64,000 nt of DNA from the human T2T-CHM13v2.0 reference genome, Homo sapiens, in the NCBI RefSeq assembly GCF_009914755.1, contig NC_060927.1; one strand, written 5' to 3'. Under the pieces are notes generated by a model. That model was not told the origin of the DNA. It saw nothing but the letters and a program-made list of their open reading frames with translations, and ran no database searches. This document shows, piece after piece, positions 28,790-42,440 of the stretch. The translations under genes and the position numbers were made by a program. Within the stretch, counting starts at the first letter, position 1; every line of letters begins with the position of its first letter.

Positions 28790-29110
28790 GGTTTCTTGCT
28801 GTTCTCATGAACTTTTGTACATGCCACTTCCACTGCCCAGAATGCTCCCTCTCCCTTTTGCTCACCTTTTTTTAGTTGATGAATTCTTCTTCTCCCTTCA
28901 GTGTCAATGTAGATACCACTGTCTAGGGAGGTCTTACTAGATAAGGTCAGCCTTCTGACGGCTCCCAGACCACACTTTTTAATGACTTTTCATTCTAGCT
29001 ACTCAATCAGAGTAAATGCAGTGTGAGAGCAGGGATCTTGTTGGTCCTGCTCATCAGCGCATTTTATGTTTCTAACACAGTGCTTAACACACAGTAAGGC
29101 CAACATCAGG
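28790..29110 (+). mobile_element. L2 3' fragment
   Basis: cttttgtacatgccacttccactgcccagaatgctc...gtgagagcagggatcttg...ctaacacagtgcttaacacacagtaag. Confidence 0.7.
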
Positions 29111-30807
29111 GACATCGGCAATCTCCACCAAAACACCCAGGCAGTAGGTGCTTAGAAAGTATTGGTTAAGAAAATGAGAGAAGAAGGAGGGAAGAAAGGG
29201 AATAAAGAATATGTAAATGAATTATTGGTAACACATTGGATGAGATGTAAATTCCCCTTAATGGTCTTCATTGTGAAGTGGAATTGTGAAGCTTTCCCTG
29301 GAAACAATTGTTTAGCTTGGTTATGGAGGAGAGTAAGTCACATAGGCACCGCTGTCAAGGAAACAGGGCTATTATAGGGATACCCACTGCATGATAATGG
29401 TGGAGAACTTTTACAGAAATAAAAGTTCAAGGACTGAAACAGGCTCAGGTCTCATATCTTGGGTTCACGTCAATGAGCAGCAAGAATGCCTTAGCAAGAG
29501 TGCCACTATTATTATGTCTTTGTCACTGTCCTGCCTGCCCTCTCTCTGTGTTCCCTTTCTGTTTCCCATTTATTCTTGTCATTATTCTTATCTAATGTCC
29601 TAACAGAAAGAATATGATTGGTTCAACTAACAAAAAAATTATTTTAGTTTGGACACAACTATCAACCCCAGGCAATATCATAAGTCAATAGCCAGTCTAC
29701 AAATTGGTTGCCATAGATCAAATGCCCACTGCTATCCTGTCACTTGTGGCCTGAATAAAAAGGGTCATGATATTCGAAACATTCCCCTTTTGTCTCTTCT
29801 TTCAGCTGGAGCAGCGATCATGACGATCCTTTAAGTCATTAAGAGGACAGACCCAGTGAGAAGTGTACATGTCTGGTTTAAAAGTAAATGATTTTTAAAC
29901 CAGTACTTCTTTTATTGAAGTAGCACTGGTAATTTTCTCAAGATGTTACACCTTTGAGATTTTGGCATCAGTATTCTTGGAATGCTCTCTGATTAGGGGA
30001 TAGCTGAGTGGATTCACACTGATAATATTATCCAAAGAGGTACACCTTTGGCTTTTCAGCACATGGGCCTCCACTAGCTTGTGTGATCTTGTCCATTTGT
30101 TGAAAACCTCTTTTTAAGAGAAATGATTAGGTTTTGCCTAATGATAAGATGATTTGTGAATAAAAATGTATTCCCTCAAACCCACATGTACTTCATTTTT
30201 ATTCACATATTTGTTGGTAAATTCAGCTCTGGCCCTTTATGTTAGAAGACTACATTAATTATTATATTCATTTCTTGTGTGTAAGTGTTTACTAATGTAG
30301 TAGAAAACTAATTACTCATGGAAGAGTCATTGGATTGCCTTGTGTGATAGGTGCTGTTTCTTTGAGGAGGGGAAAAAGAGGAATTTGTTGATGAGCAAAT
30401 ACCTCTGGAAAAATGTAGAAGGCAGTCTGGAACTTAAAGAAGCATCAGTTTTGGGGTCCATTTTATACCAAAAATTTTGCTCTTCTTTTCAGCCATGGAA
30501 CACAGAGCAGATTGCATAAATCAGGGTCCATAACTATCAAATGAGGACCATAAGAGTCATGTCTTTTGGTGTTGTGATGGTTAAGTAAGATAATATTAGT
30601 AAAACCTCCAGCAGTGTCTGGTCTATACCAAGATTCTCTAACTGTAACTGAGGAAGAGGTTGTTGAAGTTGATGATGTATCTACAAACACAATCAAGCAT
30701 TCCTAAACTTTCTAGCACTGGAATAAACATAAAGGGTTTCAATATAGCATTGTTACATTGTTTTTTGTTCCCATTATTTCTCCATTGGAAGAATGTTGAT
30801 TGTGAGA

Positions 30808-31240
30808 TGTCTTAGTCTGCTTTGTGTTGCTGTAGAGGAATACATGAGGCTGAGTAATTTACAAAGAAAATGGGTTTATTTGGTTCATGGCTCTGCAGGC
30901 TGTAGAAGAAACCTGGTGTCACTATCCACTTCTGGTGAAGGCCTCAGGCTGCTTCCACTCATGGCAGAAGGCAGAGAGGAGCTGGTGTGTGCAGAGATCA
31001 CATGGTGAGAAAGGAAGCAAAAGGTGAGGAGAAGGTGCCAGTTTCTTTTTAATAGCCAGCTCTCACAGGAACTAACAGAGAGAGAATTCATTCACACACC
31101 CCTCCCCTAGGGAGGGCACTAATCTATTCTAGAGGGATCTGCCCCCATGACTCAAACACCTCCTATTGGGCCCCACCTCCTAAATTACGGATCTAATTTC
31201 AACTTGAGATTTGGAGGAGACAAACATCCAAACTATAGCA
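30808..31240 (-). mobile_element. MSTB-type MaLR solo LTR
   Basis: tgtcttagtctgctttgtgttgctg...caaacatccaaactatagca. TSD TGAGA/TAAGA. Confidence 0.92.
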
Positions 31241-31372
31241 TAAGACGATCATAAAGTAAACACAATAATGTTTAAAATAGTATGTAGAGACAAGTGCTTT
31301 ATTAAGTGCTATGCACATGTTTTTCATATAATTTCATGTTACTTTCAAAAGACTAATAAAAAACTCCTTTTC

Positions 31373-31697
<325 letters not shown>

Positions 31698-33389
31698 TCA
31701 AGAGATCCCACTACTTGCCTAAAGTCATACAGCTATAGCTAGTATGTTAAGAGAGCCAGGATTTGAACCCAGGCAACTGGATGCCAGATTCCATGCTCTT
31801 AACCATTTTTCTGCATTGTCTTCCATTAATAGTAATCACTCATTACTCCTAGGTCTTGGAGCTAAATGATTTCCCACTGAAAACAGCAGGGACAATATAC
31901 ATAATTTCTTATTAAAGTCATGTCTTCTAACTCCTAATTCAGTTCCCTTTATGCTACCTCATGCTACTAATAGACAAAGCAAAGCTTAAATGCCCTCATG
32001 ACTAAGGATGTTCATACCTTCTCAGTGACCTTTTTATTTCTCGAAAACACTCCCACTCCTTGAGAAAATTTTACTGAACTTGTGTATCTTTTTTTTTTAA
32101 CAAAATCTTTATTCACTGATCCGTTGTATAAAAAATTCAAATTCAGAAATACGTTGTTGAAACATGCAGATACAAACAAAAATATCTGTAGAATTCAGGA
32201 AGGATATGGATATTTAGTAAGATTATGAACATCCAAATTCCTAAGTCAGGCAGCTTCCATCATGGATGATGGAGAAGTAAATAAACTTTGTCCATTGTGT
32301 GTGTGTGAGTCGTCATTCTTTGGATCTGTTATTTGGAAGCATTTGTGTGCTTTAACAGGAAGTTCTCACACATCCATCTGGTCTACTCTGAGATTTTCTG
32401 GCTGGCCTTTTATGCACTGGCTTCACCTTACACCTGATGGACAGTTGGCACACTTTTCAGGATCTTTCCGGTTGAGACTTGAGAAGATAGAAGAGTTAGA
32501 TTGGCATGGAGATATTAGAAAATTACTGAGCACAAACCCATGATCTGAGTGAAGCATGGAGATCCTGAGAGGTATTTCAGTGGGAAAAGGGGGTAGCTGG
32601 ATGAATAGAGATTATTATTGTGATTTAGAATGTACTGGATTTGAAGCCATGCAAGCTAAGTCTCAACCACAGACTTTGGGTATGTTCATGGGCAGATCAA
32701 CATCATTGAACCTCAAGTTTCTCAGGGATTTTACCTACATCAAAGGTGTTTTTTTAATGATAAAAATGGATTAATGGCTGAGAAACCTTGGGTAAATGTC
32801 TTTATCTTTCTGCCTCTCAATTTCTTGAACTATAAAATGGGAATAAACAACTGTAACACAGAGTTGTGAAATAAAATGAGTTTATGTGTATGAAAGTTCC
32901 CCTCCACTTTATCAGAGAGGGCTCGGTAAAGGTTGACTGTCCTCAAACCCAGAAAATTAAAGCTCAGATATCTGGGAAATCTTTCCCATATGAGAAATAT
33001 CTGATGGGCTACCTTTAATGTCCATCTACAGCTGGAGGTTTGTGAGGATAGGAGAGAGGTATGTTTTCTGTGTCATAATCATCAACTAGAGTTTAGGTAA
33101 GAACTTTTGTTGTCAGATTCATGGATTCTATTTTGAAGCAGTTGAAAGCAAAGCATGATTATTATGTGACCACCATTCACCCAGGAGATGAATTTGAAAT
33201 TTATTTTTAAAGACAAGTGCTTCATTGGTGAAAAAAAAAGAATGTTTGTGAAATTGATAGTGGCATTAAACTCCAGCTATTCTGGGGGAAAAGGCTGTGT
33301 TTACCAGCAACAGTACGTAAATTTGAAGTATAAATATTGTAGTTTCTTTCTTTCTCTCTCTCTCTCTCTCTCTCTCATGTGCATATATA

Positions 33390-33722
33390 AATACATGTTG
33401 CTTAATTACAGGAATAGGTTTGGAGAAAAATGTATCATTAGGTGATTTCATCATCGTGCATACACCATAGAGTGTACTTACACAAACCTAAATGGGATAG
33501 CCTACTACACACCTAGGCTACATGTACAGCCTATTGCTCCTAGGCTAAAAACCTGTACAGCATGTGACTGTACTGAATACTGTAAGCAGCTGTAACACAA
33601 TGGTATTTGTGTATCTAAACAGAGGAAGGATATGGTAAAAATTTAGTATTATAATCTTATGGGACCATCATCATATATGTGGTTGGTCATTGACCAAAAC
33701 ATCATTATGCAGTGCATGATTT
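33390..33722. mobile_element. Tigger3 (Golem)-type DNA transposon
   Basis: catagagtgtacttacacaaaccta...tagcctactacacacctaggcta...ttataatcttatgggacca. Confidence 0.88.
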
Positions 33723-33745
33723 TAACTTGCTAGTGCTTTAAAAAA

Positions 33746-33960
33746 ATTTTTAATTGACATGTAATAATTGTGCATATTTTGGGGATATAATGTGATATTT
33801 CAATACATGTATATAGCATGTAATGCTCAGATCATGGTAATTAGCATATCCATCACCTCAAACATTTGTCACTTGTTTGTGTTGGGAACATTCAAAATCT
33901 GTTCTAGCTATTTGAAAATACACAATAAATTGTCATTTATTATAGTCATCCTGTAGTGCT
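33746..33960 (-). mobile_element. L1MA-type 3' end fragment
   Basis: ttttaattgacatgtaataattgtgcatatttt...attagcatatccatcacctcaaacattt. Confidence 0.85.
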
Positions 33961-35034
33961 AGCTTTAAAAAATGCCTGATTTTATTCACTATATTCTCAT
34001 TTAGTAATAGAAAAAATACTTGGATTTGACTGTCAGCTCCATTAGTTACAAGCTATGTGACCTTGGACACATTACTTAACCTCTTTGGGCCTTTCATATT
34101 TATAAGAGTAGAAATAATGATAACTAGCAGGCATAATTATTGTGTTCATTAAATAACATTCGCAAAGATTAGTGGCACATAGGAAACATTTAAAACAAGG
34201 TATTTTCCTTCTTTTCCTCCAAATATTCTTTTACTGCAAAACTTTGCAAAGAAAGCATTGGAAAATTCACGAGAGTCTTCTGCTTCTCCAGTTATCTCTT
34301 AAATGTGCGCATGCACACACACATGCACATGCACACATATGTTCTTTGTACTAAAGGTCATAAAGAGCAGTTCTACGTAACTGGAATGAATTTGAGTGGG
34401 ACAGTAAAATTAGGCAGGTGTGGTTGGCAAGGAAAGAATGATTAGACCAGAGTGTCAAGTTCTAGATCAGCATCCCAGACACACCATAGCCTCAGGCCGT
34501 CTGTAGGCTTTGGCAAGGGGATCATGAATTTATGAAGCTGTTTTCTGAAGGGGATAACATAATTGTCTGTTTCAGAGAAAAAAAAAGCCCCACAATAGTA
34601 GAAATTCACTACAATGGCTATACATTAATGAGTTCTTGCTACATGCCAGGCTGTACCATGTTTGTGCTACCTACATTACATACTTTCATTCAGATCTTGT
34701 AATGACCTTATAAGGTCACTTGCCTCAAGTCACATAGGTGGTAAGTGACCAAGGCAGGGTTTCAAATCATATCTATCTGACTTCTTGCCTTTCCCATGTC
34801 TGCTTTGCTGCCAAATATAATAAGAATATTTGTCTTTGGGGTGGAGGGTTTTTTTGGACATGCTATGTAGAGCCGTTTTATGCATAAGTGAAATGTTTAT
34901 TAACAATCACAAAATAAGCAAAAATTAGTAAATTAAAATTACCCAGTGTTCTTCCACTGAGAGATAACCTTAATACTTTGAAATATACTTTTAGATATCT
35001 TTTACGTTCATGAATGTTTTGTCTACAAAAATGA

Positions 35035-35501
35035 TGTATTAGTTTGCTAGGGCAAACCACATAATGTATTAATTTGCTAGAGACTTACAAACTAAGTAGC
35101 TTAAACAACAGAAATGTATTTTCTCACAGTTCTGGAGACTAGAAGTCTGAGATTAAAGTGCCAGCAAGGTTGGTTCCTTTTGAGGGTCCTGAGGGAGAAT
35201 TTGTTTCATGCCTCTCTGTAACTTCTGGAAGTTTGCTGGCAATATTTGGTGTTCCTTGGCTTATAGAAGTATTGTCCTGATGTCTGCTTTCCTCTTCACA
35301 TGGTTATACTGTGTGTGTGTGTGTGTGTGCCTAAAATTTCCCTTTTTCTATGACGCCAGTCATATTGAATTAGGGGCCCACTCCACTCTAATATGACCTC
35401 ATCTTAACTAATCATATCTGCAATGTCCCTCTTTCACAGTAAGGCCACAAGTGAGGACTTCAACATATGAATCTTCGGAGTACCCAATTTAGCCCCTAAC
35501 A
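35035..35501 (-). mobile_element. MLT1B/C-type MaLR LTR inside an old L1M fragment (~34900-35980)
   Basis: tgtattagtttgctagggc...gcttaaacaacagaaatgtattttctcacagttctggag...cccctaaca. TSD AATGA/AATGG. Confidence 0.9.
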
Positions 35502-38377
35502 AATGGGTTCCTAGAAGAGGCACTGTTTTGTCACCTGCTTTATTCTCCTTAATATATTGTGAATTGTTTTTCTATGCCATTAGATAAAATATTTTTTTCC
35601 CATAATTTTAATGTCTATATGTGATTATGCTGTATGCCTCTCTTGGAGATTATTTAACTAATTCCTAACTTAGGTAGTTTTCAAATGTATATTATTTTCA
35701 AAACCTGCAAGGAATTCCTCTTTAAAGATAAATAATTACTATGCCTCTATTGTTATTAACTTAGATGTAGAATTGCTGGCTCAGAAGATTATACATTTTT
35801 AAGGTATTTAGAAGAATTACCAAATTACCCTCCAATGAGGTGTTATCAGTTGGGTATTACCAGTTAAATGTTTTTACAGTTTGATAGTGGAAATGAAATC
35901 TTGATTGACTTTGTACTCTAATTTTGCAATGAGATTGTACATTTTTGGGTAAAATTATTTATATTCTTATTTTCGTTTGGAAATATTTTAATGAACAGAA
36001 CGGATTCATAAAGCAATAGCCAAGGCTGCCAAACTCATGATGCTGTTCACGTGGACTTTTACATAAGCTGTTACCTTAATCTCTTTCTAGGTCATCGTAC
36101 TACTCCACCACTTGGAAATTATTTAGATTGTTGTTCTTTGACTTGGGCAGAGAGGCAAGTACTGAGGCTTTCTTTCTCTGAATTCATTATATAAAAATAG
36201 ATGTAATTTTTAGAATGTCAAAGGTAATTACTGTTGTTATAAATCTTTCATAAGCTAAACAATGCTATAACATAAGTTTGCCATTTGCGTGTCTTATTTA
36301 TATTATTTATTAATGTATCCTAAGAAACATTATTATTTTACTTTAAATAATACTCGTAAATGTTAGTGCATATTCAGTACTTTTCTGAAATTGCACTTCA
36401 TGTATATATGTGGCTGAGACACATATATGCAAATTTATACCATGCCTACTTTGGAAATGGATTTGAGGCACTTGAAATTTTAATAATTCTTTTGATAGAA
36501 AGGCAGAATAGATAGAGTGTTATTGCACCATCTGCGGAATCTGAGGCATATCTGACTTTTAGACTATTAATAAAATAAAATAAATCCAGAAGCTGCCTGA
36601 TGTCAAGGGTATTTCCTCTCTTTCTCAGATCATATTCCTGACCACACTTGCAATTAACTGAGATAGCATTATGGATTCGCTTAGCCTCTGCCTCACATAT
36701 TGCTATTTTGGGCTATGTCGGCCTCCCTGTGAATGATAAAGCAGTTGTTAACATTCATTGTATATTTAATGAGCTCCAGGCCCTGTGCTAAGTATTTTCT
36801 ACATGTTATGCCATTTAGTTCTAACAACTCTATTAAAGTGTATGCATCATTATTTTCCCTCTTTTCAGGCAAGAAATCTGAGGCTTAGAAAAACAAGTAA
36901 TGGTTAGGTGTGTATGGTTTATAATAGCAGAGCTGAGATTTAATCCTGGGTCTGCTGAGCTTCAAAAAAAGACCCTCCGTGGTTAACCTAGCAGTTTAAC
37001 ACAGGAAGAAAAATTCCGAACCGCTCCCAGAGATTCAATTCCTTTGTCAAGAGCCAGTACTTGGCAGGGCAAAATCAACCAAGGTGGTGGTTTCACAGAA
37101 ACTGCTTATCACCTGTCTCAATCAGGTGGTGAATTCTGTCATGAGCAGGCAGAGAGAATTTCTCTGAAGTTCAAAGCAAGTACTTTTAAAACTTCTTTTC
37201 TTATAAATATACTTGATAAAACAACAAATGAAAGGATGATCTTGATTTGATCTGAATTGATCTTATTTGTATAAATCGAAACCACAGTTGCCTAGGCAAA
37301 TGATGGGAAATACTTAGAGCCATGAGATTAGATGTTTCCCACAGTTTTTCTCCATCAGTAATTTCCCTGCCTTCCTTAACCCTGCCCCCATCTACTTATG
37401 AAACTGCAAAGCACCTTGAGCTTGTATATCTTTTGCTTTTTTTATTTGTTTTGGGAGAGATTCAGTTTCCTCTCCCAGGTTGGTTAGCCTGCCTTTGAAG
37501 AACCTGGGTAGCATGCACAAGGCCATCTGGCCAGTAAATGTTGGGGCCAGAATGCAAACCAGGCCTGTTGGGAGCCAGGCAGGTAATGCAGGAGGAAACC
37601 TGCATGGGGCCATCATATGAGGCAACACAAGTGATAAGATGTGTGGCATACAGCATAGGGGTTTTTGCCTATAGGAGTAGCTGCTTCCACCCTGGCCAGC
37701 TGTTGGTCAGTGGTAATACAAGCCCAGTGCTTCCAGATATTTCCACTTTTCTTAAGAAAAAAGAAACAAGGATTTTAGTGCTAATAGTATGAAGTTTTAA
37801 TGTTAGAAATGCTATTTCTCAAACATTGTGAGGTCCATCCTTTCCAGAATAAACAAAATGTGGCTGAATTCTGGACGTGGCCCACAGTCTCCAGCTTGTT
37901 CCTTCCGCACCACAGCATCTTGCCTTCCCCAGGGACTGTGTTTGCATCTTCAAGGACCTGGCCCCGTTCTTACGCAAGAGGTTCTCAGGAGCCTAGTCTG
38001 GTGGATGAATGAGAAATTTGGTGTTTGGAAATTAACCTTAGCTTGGTTTTTGAGATGATGGAATTAGTGACTCCAAAGGTCTCCTTTGCCTGACTTCAGA
38101 TAAACATCTAGGAAGCATAAAAACATTGGGAGTACATCTTGGGCCCAAACCTTAATGGAAATGGGGGCAGTGGCCCATATTAGCAATAAAAGTTGAGTTA
38201 GTAATACAGCTTCAGGTACCATGTAATGTACTGAGAAGAACTGAGTTTCTCAGTCAACCAGTGGAATCTCAAATAATAAATTCTACTCTTTAAAAGTACA
38301 GTTTAGTTGTTTATAATTTAAATAATCAATAAATAAATGAATCCTAGTGAGGTATGACTCTATTTATATATAAAGAG

Positions 38378-38595
38378 GGCTGTCTAATAGAACATTGTGC
38401 AATCATAGAAATATTCTATATCCTCACTGTTCAAAACCATAGCCACTCACTACATATGGCTATACTTTACTTAAAATAAGGCTAGTGTGACTAAGCAAGC
38501 TAGGGAACAAGCAAGCTAGGGAATGAGTTTTTAATGTAATTTATTTTTAATAATAAAATTAAATAGCTAGTGGTTACAATATTGGACAGCAAAAG
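38378..38595. mobile_element. MER3-like hAT DNA transposon
   Basis: Ends gctgtctaatagaac ... atattggacagc form an inverted pair. Confidence 0.8.
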
Positions 38596-39091
38596 TGTAG
38601 AGAATTGCCCCATGCATCTGGTTTTCAAGGGGAATGTGCTAAACTTAAGCAAATAATTTAGATTAGGGACTAGCTATTATGCGCTAGAAAATGTTCACTG
38701 TGAAGTGGCTCTGTTATTTAAAACATTCATTTTTACATTTATTGTTCAACACATCACACAACATTGGTGGCAGTGAGTTTTTCAAGGCAACTTCTAGAAA
38801 TTTATAAGACCCTGTATTTTCCAGACTTTGCCAGTTCTTTATGTTTTACATGCATTCTATGCATTTCCATATGTTTATGAATTTTATGCATTTATAGATC
38901 ATTTTAAACATCAAAATAAAAATATAAAACGAATGACCTTTTTTATTTGTCTCTGATAGGAAGCAAAATGACATTTGTCAAAATTGGTGCTAATTTGTTA
39001 GCAGTATATCCCATAAAAATAGTTATGTTTTAATAATGGTATACTTTTATTTGGGAAGCAGACTAAAAGTCACAAAGATTGTGCAATGTTA

Positions 39092-39822
39092 TGTGATACA
39101 AAGAAATAGTTTCATCAAGGTTTAGCTATCAGAAAAGCGCATTGAGACATTTATTTATTCTATAATTAGCAAGATAGTCTGGTAATACTTTAACGGTTAT
39201 CTTTAAGTAGTACCTCCTCAAGCACTCAAAGGCTAGGGTTTTTATGAATAATTTGGTGGGCAGGGGGCTAGGGAATGGGTGCTGCTGATTGGCTGGAGAT
39301 GCAATCATGGGGTGAATGGACCTCATGTGCTGAATCTGTGTCTGGCTGGGGGCCACAGGACTGGTTGAGTCATGAGTCATGGGTCCAGGTGGAGTCAGTT
39401 GGTTGCCAGAATGTGAAAGTCTGAAAAACATCTCAAAAGACCAATCTTAGGTTATGTTATCTATAGGAACAATTTGGTAATGGCAGGAAAGTTACAGACC
39501 TTGCGACCTCTGGCCGTATGACTCCCAAGCAGCAAGGAATTATAGGAAAGCGGGCTAGGGAACTATAGCTGGTTATCATTTAATGACACCTATATTTTAG
39601 CAGAATTCAGGCCCCTCCCATAATTCTAATCTTGTGGCCTATCATTAGTTTTAGGAAGGAGTTTGTTCTTTGTTTTAAAGTTAAACTATAAACTAAATTC
39701 CTCCAATTGTTGGTTTGGCCTACACTCAGGAATGAGCAAGGGCAACTTGGAGGTTAGAAGCAAGATGGGGTCAGTTAGGTTAGATTTATCTCACTGTTGT
39801 AATTCTTGCAAAGGTGGTTTCA
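39092..39822 (-). mobile_element. ERV1 solo LTR (LTR8A/B-like)
   Basis: Reverse strand begins TGAAACCACCTTTGCAAGAATTACAACAGTGAGA; CCAAT box (ctgattggc ~39285). Confidence 0.85.
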
Positions 39823-40187
39823 TCTTCATCTCTCCTTCAAATGAAATTTTCGAGATTGCCAAGTGATCTAGTTATATACATCACCTTACTTTGAATTTCC
39901 CTGAGAGCAAAACCTAAGTTAAAAGCACCGATGAGGGTAATTTGTTAGGAAATGATCCCAGGAAATAGGAATGAAGAACCAGCGTGATGTAATAGGGAAT
40001 GAGACAAAACCAATACAAGAGCCTATGATGGAGTAGTTGTTCCCTGTGTGCTGAAACTCACAGGGCCTCCTGAGCAGCCTTGAGCAATGCATGTCAGAAT
40101 TCTCTGCCTTAGGGACAAAAAGGTACACAGTAAGCTTTCCACTTCCATTCCTTATGGGTCAAGAGTGATCTGGTGGAAGTTAACTCC

Positions 40188-40390
40188 TGTTTTAGTTTGG
40201 ATTCCCCAAAAACAGACTCTGAGGTAAGGATTCAAGTACCTTATTTGGGAGGTAGTCCCAGGAAACACTGGTAAGGGAGTAGAGACATGAGACAGGGAAT
40301 GGAAGTAAAGCAATAGTGAGTACTTGATCTAAAATGTTGGCAACTGGCTCTTAATCCCATTGGGGACTCTGGGACCGGTGTAGAACATAC
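40188..40390 (-). mobile_element. ERVL LTR16-like fragment
   Basis: ggattccccaaaaacagactctgaggtaaggattcaagt...ttatttgggaggtagtcccaggaaacac. Confidence 0.7.
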
Positions 40391-41992
40391 CTTGGCTACA
40401 ATTGTGTCACCTGGCTGCCCCTGTTTGCAAAAGAAGCAGGAAAATGTAATTTTCAGTTGGCATATTGAGACCTCCAACAAAACTTGTTAAGAAAGAGGTA
40501 GAGAATAAATCTTTGGGAAGGAACTCCCTCTCTGACACACATAGACAACAGATATTCCTCAAATAGTTGCTGCATTCTCCACCTTGCTTTGTCTGAGCTT
40601 ATATTAAAAAAATAGAATAAATCTATTCTGACCCTTCAATATGTTGGGGATTGCAAGAAGCAATAATCAGCTCAAAATAGCTTAGGAAAAGAAAGGATAT
40701 ATTGGAAAGAATTGGAGTTATCAAAAGGCAAGGAGTTAAGTTAGGTTTCATGAGGGATAGGGAGAGGGAGAGAAGATCTGGAAGCTGGAAAACTAGAGAA
40801 GAGTTTTTTTTAGCATCATTATTCCAGCCCTTTTTATATCTGTTCTTTGCTACTCTTTTTGTCTCTGCCCAATCTCTCTGACTCTTACTGTGAAGGTCTT
40901 ACACAATTTTTGTTTTTTTGTTTTGTTTCGTTTTTTGTTTTCTGTTTTTGTTTTGTTTTGTTTTTTGTATTCAAGGAAGACAGTATCTGTCTCAAACCTG
41001 ATTCTAAGCTCACAGTTCGAGGGCCCAGTGCTGTTTCTCTTGACTCAGATTCTCAAGAGAGAGAAAATGGCTACCTCAGCCTCACCTATCACGTGGTTCA
41101 GCTAGGATCCTACAGCCAGATACAGGGAGACAGGCAGAAAAACATAGCTCACAGAGGTTAGCCAATGTTGTGGGGAAGGCAGATTCTTCAAGAAGGAACA
41201 ATGGGTAGAAAGAAAATGGTAGCTGTCTCATTGATATTAACCAAATGTCATTGATACTAACTTTTTCAAATGTGAGAAAATGCAAATTTTGTAAGGAAAT
41301 GTGGTCCTAGGCAGTTTGTAATCAATGCTGACTCACAAACTCACAGAAGAGTGATGATAGTAGTTTCACAATAATTGAAAACCTAGCACAAATGGGGTAT
41401 CTCTATAGGTGGTGACAGTCATTTGTATGTTGGGGATACTAATCTTTAGACTATCTCCTGTGCAGCAGGATGAAGCACTTCCATGTTTTTAACTTAGCAT
41501 TGTTGAATTCATTAATCATTAGAGGTACTTAGTATTAAAATTAGCAGCAAATGATGAGTGTCCTTGATTACAGAACTGGGATGTGTTATTCACTATGGTA
41601 CTCAAGAGTGATTTGGATATGTTTTTGATAATGGTTCCAAGCTTCCCTGTCAGTTTCAAAAGAGCTCTTCACGGAGAAGTTGGCGAGGGTGAAAAGATAG
41701 GGAAGGAGGGAAGGAAGGAGTATGACCTGCCTCCAGATCTACCTTGCAAATTATACTTTGGCAATTGGCTTTTTATAAAATTTATTACTCAGGGTCCCCT
41801 TTTCAAATACTGCTTATATTCTGAGTTCTGAGTGTGAATTCTAGAACATTCTTTGCTTCTATCTATCTATCTATCTACCAATCATCTTCATCCTAGGGTA
41901 GTGCCACATACTTTGTTTAAAAGAATGTAGCATAGTGTTGATATTCACCAACCTGGTGCCAACATTCAGATATGCTTTAAGGATAAAATAAT

Positions 41993-42440
41993 TGTGAGGG
42001 ACTTTGTTGGTCCCCTGCTCAGATCCTTTTACTAGGTTACTGCATAGCCTTTTCTCCCTCCCACAGCTGTTGTGAATGTTGACTACCAAAAGGTAGTCCC
42101 TGCTCTAGAGAATTGCCTTTGGCTGAATGAAACCACCTCACCCCAAGCTTATATCCTGCCCCAGGGGTAGCCCATAGCCAGTAACAGTCTAATACTGGGA
42201 TACAAAAGCCTAGCTTCCTTGCCTCAGGGTGGGACCAACTCTGGTATAATTTACAGTCTAGAATAACTGGTGAAATCAGGATGAAGCTAGCCTGTATCTG
42301 AAACCATATCCTCGCTTAGCTCCTTCCCCTGCTCTATCCTTCTTCCCTCTCTATTATTTCCTGGAAAGCACTCCCCCAATAAATTAAGAGCACTAGAATC
42401 TGTCTCAGGATTTGCTTCTAGACAATCTGATCAAAGATAG
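41993..42440 (+). mobile_element. ERVL LTR16-like LTR
   Basis: cctgctcagatcctttt...ccttgcctcagggtgggaccaactctg...cactcccccaataaa...tctcaggatttgcttctag. Confidence 0.72.
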
